Positions 52,256 through 61,414 of a DNA stretch of 61,414 bases are shown here, piece after piece. The stretch is taken from NCBI GenBank assembly GCA_001938485.1, contig MQRK01220534.1, forward strand, positions 1 to 61,414, written 5' to 3'. The translations under genes were made by a program, and so were the position numbers. Every line of letters starts with the position of its first letter. The first letter of the stretch is position 1. Below the pieces are notes generated by a model. The model was not told where the DNA came from. It saw nothing but the letters and a program-made list of their open reading frames with translations, and made no database searches. Origin of the DNA: Girardia tigrina (taxonomy: Eukaryota).

Positions 52256-53295
52256 TGTGTTTTAAAATTAAATTTAATCAAAAAAGTCCTTTGTTATAAA
52301 AGTCATTATATAAATATATATTAGTTGCGCTTATATCTTTTTCAAAATTGGAATGAGAATTCATAATTATTCAAATTTTATTTAGGATATTACATATAAA
52401 TATAAAAAAAATTCATTTCGTCAATTTCATTTATTTAGTAAAACCGATTTTCTTCTTTTATATTTTAAAAATATTGCAATTGTTTTTAATTAAATTATTT
52501 ATTTAAAAATAAGTTTTATTTAAAATTATATTATATTTCAAATTGTGTTTGTATTTATTCTGTCTTTTATTTCTTTTATTAAATATTTATTTACGTTTTG
52601 ATTTTTTATTATTCATTTTTATTTTTTTATAAATATAGTTTTTATTTTTTATCTGTTTATGAAAATTTTAAATTAACATATTTTCATTTTAAAGTGGTTT
52701 TAAATTAACTTTTTTTAAAATTTTATAAAAAAATTTTAAAAATATTGAATTAACATGTTTAATTTTTGTAATTTTAAATTGCCCTTTTTCTTATAAAATT
52801 TATATATAGTTTTTTGATTTTTGAATTTAGTTGTTTTTTAATTTTTAAATAATAATATTAAATTTGAATTTTCTAAATAAAATTTTGACGAGATGATATT
52901 TTAAATAACTCCTTATAATATAAAATAAATAAATAAATAAAATGAGTCACAATTTAGTAAAAAAGTACATTGTTTTAGATATCAAACTCAAATCTATTTA
53001 GAAAGTAAAAAGAAATTAATAGTTCTTTTTATTTAATCTTCATCAATTAATGTCAATCAGTTTCATATTTTTAATTAATTTTATGTAGAAAAGATCAAAA
53101 TGAAAAGAAATAATTTATAACGGTTTGAAGTTAATTTAATGAAGAAAACTCAAAATTAATTATTTTGAGAAAAATAATGTAATAATTAATGAAATTTAGT
53201 TAAAAATATATAAATAATAAAGGTATTTATAGCAGAATAAAGAATCAGTGAAAAGAGATATTAGTAATTAATAATGATGATCTAATAATAATTAC

Positions 53296-53809
53296 CAGCA
53301 ATCGAATACTGATCCGAGTTATATTGATTGAAGCTGCTGTACGCAAATATATGATTCCCGCTGCTACTCAAACTGACCGTATCCGTCAGACTCGTCTCGC
53401 TTGGTGTCCTGACCCGGTCTCGTTCTTCGGTTGGTTCAACTGCGTGGTCATAATAAACTGACGAATTATCCTCAACACTCGTACAACTGTTTCTTCTATT
53501 CGCATCTGTATACAAGGACAAGGAAGAAACCTTTTCATCCCTGTGCAACATCGACTCGTAACTATGATTCAATCTTGCTGCTGATTTAAAGGAATATTGC
53601 CTTTCATTTTGTCTAATAATTGTTGGTGTCGGTTCTTTTGGATGAGCTTCTGTTGTCTGGTCTAGTATACTTGGATCACTTTTAACAGTTCTGTATGACT
53701 TTGATGAGAAAAATAACGAAATAGATTTTTTGATCCCTTTTGATTTAGAGTTGAACGATGGCAAATTATTTGAAGGACTGGATTTTTTCTTAAAAATAGA
53801 TCTTGATGT
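53296..53809 (-). CDS. Internal exon (514 nt) of a host gene, Ser-rich region
   Basis: Acceptor taattcAG (53810-53811), open frame TSRSIFKKKSSPSNNLPSFNSKSKG...YSIA, donor G|GTAATT at 53295; GC well above the flanks. Confidence 0.75.
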
Positions 53810-54220
53810 CTGAATTAAGAATTTTACTATAAATACATTTTTTAATTAAATGTTAAATAAAATACTTTTAATTAATTTTATATTATTAATAAAATTAATT
53901 ATATTTTATATTAGAACTTATATATTTTATATTTCCAGAACGGTGTAGATTGCGCCCATGAAAGGATTGCCATGTTTTTTTATTTAATTAATTAAATTGT
54001 TAATAAATTCATTAAATACATGATGGTGTTTAGAGATTGACTTAAGAGTGATTGAGTTAACCAATCAGAGCGAACCTTGTGGGATGACCAAATAGTTAGT
54101 GATTTAAAATCACTTTTTTACGTTTATTTTTCACAATTTTTTGAGCTATTGACAGTCGAAAATTTTGTACGATTTAGAAATTTTTCCGTTTAATATTTTG
54201 ATAAATGTTTTCGTTATCAA

Positions 54221-56266
54221 CCTGTTGACTACCGAATATTTTTTGGAGATATGTTAATTTTATTGAAATTTTAGACGTAACAAAGGTAATTCAGCATGAA
54301 AACATTTTTAAAAAGACAGAAATATTTATTACATAAGAGTTACAAAAATGAGTTTTTTGAGCTACAAACAGAGTTTTCAATCAATATTGCAGTATTATTA
54401 TATTTTACTGATTAGAATTGGTTTTTATCACTCATCTGCATCAAAATGAAGCTTAGTGGGGTAAATTTGGAAACAATTTGGTACGCGTAATAGTACATTA
54501 CAGTCAAGGCACATGATATAACTTTGTTGTCGAATTTGTTTCGCACTACAAACAATACAATTTCTTCTACTTCGTTCTCTACTCTTTGGATCTTGTCGAA
54601 CATTTTCGGAAAAGTGACGAGCAACTAATCTTAAAGGTGTAGGAGCATTAGAAGGTCTACCAACTCTATTTCTCTCTGAAGGACCATATCTCTGAAATAT
54701 TTCTCTAACCAAAAGCAATTTGAACTGAGCAAGCTGTAAGTCTAGCATTCTGCTTCATTCTGTATGTTATATACGAATTGAATATCACCATATCCATCAT
54801 ATGAAAGAATAACCTTTTATACAACTTCAAAGTTTTCCTAATTGAAGCAGAGAATAATATCTACATGTCAGTTTCATCAACAGCTCCCATTTTTTGCGAA
54901 TATTACATGACTAGAGCGGGCTTCATAATTTTTGTTCCGTTTGATCTATCCATTTTTCCACTGTTCAAGAAATTTGTACTATTTACAGTCGATAACATTT
55001 AGACATCTCGTTTGTCTTTCCATTTCATTGCTAGAAGAGCTGAATACGAAAACCATTGAATATCTCCTTTTCGTGATTTTCCAGTGAATTTTGGCAATCC
55101 TTTATGATTTTTTCTCACTGTTACCCATACTACAGTTTTGTTCTGATGCAATAAATTGAATAGAGTTGGACTAGAGTACCAGTTATCGCAATACAAAACA
55201 TGTCCTTTGTTCAGATAAGGTTGTAGCAAAGATATGACGATAGATCCACTAACGCCGAGATTCTCTAAATAATCAATGTCAGTTTCGGAAGCGTTTTAGA
55301 TAATGAAATCTAATATTGCTTTCGAGTAACAGTCGATTAATTCAAATAACTTTATACCAAATCTACTTCTTTTTAATGGTATGTATTGCTTGAATGATAA
55401 GCGGCCTTTCCACAGCATCAAACTTTCGTCAATGCAAAGATTCTTTACTGGTGTGATGAAGGATGAAAACTTTTGTCGAAAGAAATCTATCATCGTTCGA
55501 ACTTTCCTTAGTCGATCTGTAGATTCAATTTCGTTATTAGAAAAATGAAGGAAGGCCAAGATATCCAAATATTTAGTACGAGGAAATATTTGATTGAAAT
55601 ACGGTGTAGCGACTAATTCTTCTTTCGTCCAATAATCAGAAATTACAAGTCCCATCAGAATTATAGTTGCGAAAAAATGACACTATTCATCAGGCTTTGT
55701 ATTTTTCCATTCCTTCATAATAAATCTCTCGCCTCTTGGATTCTTTGCATAATAAATATTAATTTACTCCGAAATTTGCTCCACAATATCTTCATCGAAG
55801 AAATATTCGAAATGTTCTAGTGCCGATTCCTTGTTTCCAAGAACAACTTTGTATTCCCCATCAAATGAATAAAGCTTCGGTTAAAAACCATTCGTTTGCC
55901 TCCAATGTGTGTCATTCTGTAATATTTGACTCGTTTCATCGTATTCGTCAGCAGAAGAAAAATCCGATTCGTCGTTTATTTTTAACATTTAGGCTTCTAA
56001 AAAGTAGGATTTAGAAAAGTTAATGATAAAGAATTAGAGTTGATTGTACGTACGAATGAATGTCATCACCATTGTCGCGAGAATCCAGATGGACAACATG
56101 ATTGTTGCAAAAATTAATTCCAGGTACTGAAATCTGTGAATTCGAATTTTCTGAAGTATATGGTATGACTACTACAGTAATATATAGAAAAAAAACCGCA
56201 TTAAAAAATTCCTCTTCCTTCAAAAGTCATAAGCCGTAAACCCATATACGGCCGATAATCAACGAG
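54221..56266 (-). mobile_element. piggyBac transposon (PGBD4-like transposase), disabled
   Basis: LCIDESLMLWKGRLSFKQYIPLKRSRFGIK, LYCDNWYSS, MGAVD, C-terminal Cys-rich CIVC..CLDC..L..PNCF. Imperfect TIRs with TTAA (56267-56270) and TCAA (54217-54220). Confidence 0.93.
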
Positions 56267-59200
56267 TTAAAAACTGATAATTTTGATTTTACTGAACGAT
56301 TTTTTTACTGAATGTTTTACTGGATGATTATAGTTTATCGAACTATTTATTTGAGTGAATAATTTTATGCTTATCAATTATAAATTTATTAAATGATTTT
56401 GTTCATTTGATATTTGAAAAGAATACATTTCTATTGCATAGAATTGTTTTCGGTTATTAACGCTTTTCGAACTTTTTTGAAAGAAAACAAATTTGTTAAT
56501 TGATTATTTCTAAAGGTCTTTAAAAATCTTATTGATTTGAAATATAAACAATATAAACAAAAAATGATAGCGAAGCGAACAAGAGAAAATAGCAATAACA
56601 ATCAATTAAATCGAAAATGGTCCCAGCACAAATATCAGCGAATCCAAATGCCATATCTCTGCTACCACTGGTCAGTCTCTAGGACAACCTGGGAACTCCA
56701 CCTAACAAGTTTTTTTGTCGAATTTTTTATTTAATAATATCGAAAGGAACCGGCGAAATTTTCCGTTTTATATATTCATATATAATAAATTATATACAAT
56801 ATATATATATAATATTATATATAATCAATTTTGATATTTTTTTCTAAATATTTACTCAGTTTTTAATGAATTCTACTTCAATTAAACAGTTGATGTCTGA
56901 TAAAACCGATACTAAATAAATTCTCATTCCGTAATATATCTCCCGACTCACATCCACCGATCCGCATATGGAGTCTCACAACATTTTCCCTCTTTGATAA
57001 AAAGATTTATTTATCCATGAAAATAACTTTTAGAGCAGAAATAATCAAATAAAATGCATAATTTTTAGAGAAATTTTTTTTTCTTAGATTGTTGTAGTTT
57101 GAGTTTAGAATAAGAGTGAAAAAATATTTTAAATGGATAAATTTCACTTAGATTTGTTGAAATTAAATTATTTATTTATTTGAAATAAATGAAAAAGTAC
57201 TTAATTCTTTGTTTTATTGATATCTGGTAGTTTTTAAAATAAATATAAATAAAATTAATATTAATAGAGATTAATTTTTTAACTGAAAAATTTATATTTT
57301 AGAACTATTGAAAATTATATATGACGAGACTAAAAGTCTTTATGCTTGAATTGAAACAAGTAAACTAGAGGAAGCTGATTTTTGTTTAATATACTACTTT
57401 TATGTAGGTTAATAAAATAATCTTTGTTTCATTGTTGAAAATTTTATTTCTAATCTGTTACGAAATTTCAGAAAAATATATTGTATTCGCTATGGTTTCG
57501 AATTTAAATAATAAAATATCTATATTGTTCTATTTATTTATAAATTCCTCCTCTCTTTGCCCAAAGACAGTCAATCATCGTCGAATTGTTGTTTTTTCAA
57601 ACTTAGACTTTATTGAATGACAATCTCTGAAAATTGCTTTGCATAATGCGAATCGCATTATATATAAATAAAATATGATTAATTAAATTAAATAAAAATA
57701 TTAAAATAATTAAATTTAATTGAAAAATGAGAGTTGTTTATTTTTTGTAACGGATGACTCATTGAGTCAATTACTGAGTCGGTTTTTTTGAGATTGTAAT
57801 TAGGCCGAGTTTGGATGTGTCGATTATGCTTATGCCCAACAGAATCGAAAGGCTAGTGAATGACATGGTTCTAATTGATTTTTATGATTAAAATTTAAAT
57901 TTTGACAATCATTAATGAACCAAAATAATGAAAAAGTGATGATCACTGTGAATATTTTTAAATGGACCCAGCACAAAAACGAAATGTTCGATCTTATAAA
58001 AATAGTTCTTTGTCTGGATTTAAATGATTGACCGAACGGCTGGATTTTTTGTGTCATTAGTGTACTAAGTCATCGTGCCTCAGAATAATAAAAATAATTG
58101 AGTAAATTGGCTCGCTCTGATCGGTTGATCAATCAGAGCAAGTTGAGGAATGATGTGATTTTTTTAAATTACTTTTTAAGCCATTACGAATTTTTCGGTT
58201 TTATGAATTTTGAATTATTTTGTCGAACCAATTTGTGTTACGAATTATTTTGTTAAACAATTTCACCAGTTATTTAGTCGAGGTTGAAAGCATTTATACT
58301 TTAAATACTACTAAATTGTGAACGATATCTGATTTGTTTTGATTGATGAACAGTATAATTTTCTAAAACAAATTTGATTATCTCTAGAGTATTTTAAATC
58401 TTGATTTTCTTGAACGAATTATTTGCTCACGAATTTCGTGAATTATCAAATAAACTGAATTATTGTTAACGATTTAAAAATTAAATTAAGTTTAATGAAC
58501 AAACAATTATCTTACAAATGAGCGCAGTATCACAAACACCATGACTCTGCTACAGCCGGTCAGTCTCTATGGTGACCTGGAGACAACATGAAACATAATC
58601 AGTCGATATTTATTTGAAAAAAATGAGCAATGCATTCAATTTTGCAGTGTAATTTAGTATTTTACTGTTGATGAAAACTGAGAAGAAAGAGACTATTCAC
58701 CTGTTTCAAAAAGTATATGTTAAAAAATGTGTTCAAATTGAAGAAAACGTGATCCAGGAGGGAGATTACCCAATTGAATCTGTTTCAACGATTGAATGTA
58801 AGCCAAAGAATTGTCAATACCACCTAAATGTACTTCAAATTAGGAAGCTTTACAAGAGATTCGTATAATACTTTTTAAAGGCCAAAATGATATATACAAT
58901 AAACACATGAAAACAAATTTTAAAAACAAATCATTTAAAACAGTATCAACTCTCAAACTTAAAATGGATCGAAAATCAAACAAATGTTTCATATTTAAAT
59001 TTTTGATTGAACAAGAAATTAAACGATTAACACGGACACCGACTCATCTTTAGAGTCTTCAGTAAATAAATAAATAAAAGAAACTTAAAACTTAAAATAA
59101 TTTTGATAAAGTTTTTAGAGAGTATTCATCTTAAATCAACCATAAAAAGAGATGCAACAATAACTTCAGATATTATTGCAAGTGATCAGTCGGAACATAT

Positions 59201-59697
59201 TTCACAAGACACGCTCAGAAATTCGTAAACATTTTCAGTAACGTTTTAAAATTCTTACAAAAGACAATTATTATCATCAATGTTAAATTATATTACAAAA
59301 TGAGTTGATAAAATGAGTTGATGTTGAGACACCTCTTAACAACAAATTGATAGGAATTACTTATGAAATTATTATACCAAAAGAGATCGAAATGAAATCA
59401 AAATTTTGAAAAACATATTGAAAAAGATACTAAATAAATAAATTAAATTTAGATTTAAGAAATAATGGGTTGTAAAAATTTACTACGAATTAGAGATATT
59501 TCTTTACCATGAATCAGTAAATACAAAGGGAAAAATAAATAATAATCTAATAAAAATTCATAAATTAAATATATGGTTCAAAAATATTCTTCATAAAACT
59601 CTCCATAAGACATTTAAAAAAATAATATATGTGAAATTAAATATTTGTTTAAATAACGAATATTTAAGATTGCACTTTTTAAATTTTTATTATATAT

Positions 59698-59736
<39 letters not shown>

Positions 59737-60265
59737 TATTTAATACAGTCTTTTCTCACATGGTGACCCCTAAAGGACCACATGGCGTGTCAAAAAAATC
59801 TGTGAGATTTTATTCTGGATTGCCGAAGAATTATCAAGATTTCCAAAATCAATCAATTCCATTCTTGCAAACTAACCAAAAAAGAAATATAGTAAAAAGA
59901 AATATATATCTTATGAACGCAATTATCATATTTTTGAAAAATAATTTTGTTGAAGCTTTTTTAAGAAATTGATTATTGTACATGTTTTAAAACTTACTTT
60001 GTCCATTTTCAGGAACAACATTTACACAAACAAACAGATTTATCACAACATTAATTTTACATTGGACTAATTTTGTATACTGATAGAATCTCCCATTAAC
60101 TAACACTTTATTATGTTACACATTATATTATAATTGCTGACTGTGAAAAATGAAGTTCTAAAAGATGTATAATAATCAATTTCTTAGAAAAGCTTTAACA
60201 AAATTATTTTTCAAGTATATCTGTATCTCAGCAGAGGGTTTTTCGGTTTTTATTATTGACAATTC

Positions 60266-60727
60266 TTATTCTGAATTTTTCTGATCCGTGGGTGATTGAT
60301 TCATCCACAGTTGCAACAAATGATCAAGATTTGATAAACAAAACGACAGAAGTTTTCTGTCATAAATGAGTTTTAAAGTCAAATAAGCAACTGAATTGTG
60401 AGAAAACATTTGATTTAGAGAAGATGTCGATATTGATTTTAGATTATCTTTAGCAAGTTGTGGAAGTGTTTTGTTTGTGCTCAAAGGAATCAAATTAAGA
60501 ATACTTCTCAATATCACACAAACTAATTGACCATTCCTACGTTTATCGACTGTATCGTACTCAAAATTTTCTTCAATATGATCCATAAATAACGATGATG
60601 GAATAACTCGAATTTCCGTAATAGAAGTAATATTGTAATCTTTTATCAATTGAGATTTTAAAGCATTTTTATACAAATCAATCGTATCAACTGAAACTTT
60701 TCGAAGTACAACTTTTCTTTTAATTCT
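60266..60727 (-). CDS. Coding-like segment (terminal exon or gene fragment), product unknown
   Basis: About 150 open codons with globular-protein-like composition; no recognised family and no ATG start. Confidence 0.4.
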   Translation of the reverse strand, partial: RIKRKVVLRKVSVDTIDLYKNALKSQLIKDYNITSITEIRVIPSSLFMDHIEENFEYDTVDKRRNGQLVCVILRSILNLIPLSTNKTLPQLAKDNLKSISTSSLNQMFSHNSVAYLTLKLIYDRKLLSFCLSNLDHLLQLWMNQSPTDQKNSE

Positions 60728-61304
60728 TCAGAGCTATTTAACATTTCATTGATTATTTTCAAATTTTCATTTGTAAATTGCTTAAATTTTTTGCCAATCA
60801 CTTGAACTTACTCATATATTAACAACGTAACTTCGTCTTTAAAAATTAATTTATTATTGTCAAAAGACTCCATTTTAACATTATCTTTCCATTTGATTAT
60901 CATTATATTCACGTAATTAAATAAGATTTAAATTTTCGCCAACTTTTATTTTATTAATTATCCATTTAAACAAATTTTTATTTTTTTTACGAAATTGTTT
61001 TATTTTGTAATTCTGACAAAAAGAAAAAGCAACAATACACACATACACAATTGAAAATTTTTCTCCCCAAACACCACAACACGCACTCACATTAACAATC
61101 AATTTCTTTTATTTACATTTTTCATTTTTACACACACAAACACATGCATTCATATTACATTTTTAATTCATTAGGGTGAACCAAAGTCTTCGTATTTTCT
61201 ACGTCTTTTTGTTCAATTGTTTCTTATTACCAAATAAAGATATTTTATATACATGTGTTACATGTTTTTAAAGCTATTGAACTGCTCTATCACAATATAT
61301 ATTA

Positions 61305-61414
61305 TTAGGTTGTTCGATATGAAACGGGTCAAAATTAAAGTAAAATGTAAATCGATTTTTTTTAAATAATAACATTTTATTTTTAATCAAAATATCCCCC
61401 CATGTTGTCAACAC
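61305..61414 (-). mobile_element. mariner transposon 3' end, continues beyond the window
   Basis: TA-TTAGGTTGTTCGATATGAAAC TIR and transposase C-terminus VDNMGGYFD*. Confidence 0.75.

Noticed and set aside
56651-56700. Similarity of the short repeat to SRP RNA (CCAGGUUG...AGCAG) and to the HDV ribozyme (AUGGUCCCAGC)
   Set aside because: The helix-8 GNRA loop and the HDV pseudoknot elements are absent; likely coincidence.
1-61414. CRISPR arrays, rRNA, tRNA genes, spliced-leader RNA, prokaryotic operons
   Set aside because: No regularly spaced repeats and no cloverleaf, A/B-box or rRNA-like sequence recognised; the DNA is eukaryotic and repeat-rich.

Overview
AT-rich eukaryotic nuclear DNA, probably from an invertebrate animal. 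GT-AG introns, (TA)n microsatellites and the transposon spectrum would fit a flatworm, but this is inference only. The window is mostly decayed mobile DNA: (1) four LTR-retrotransposon pieces from two lineages, a conventional Ty3/Gypsy and an unusual lineage with a 'GFGLNIAP' RT and a DIRS-like RNase H motif; (2) three solo LTRs with 5-bp TSDs; (3) at least five Penelope-like (GIY-YIG) insertions, several with hammerhead-ribozyme motifs; (4) an RTE LINE tail; (5) Tc1/mariner, pogo/Tigger and piggyBac elements and many MITEs. Host-gene content is a few Ser-rich minus-strand exons that may form one large gene, plus several disabled gene copies (PIG-C, an RTF1 N-terminus, others unidentified). 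The most interesting signals are a Penelope family whose hammerhead lacks the catalytic G12 in all three copies, a PIG-C pseudogene joined to a Penelope 3' tail (possible Penelope-mediated capture of host mRNA), and two in-frame chimeric ORFs between unrelated transposons. All family assignments come from recalled motifs, not database searches.
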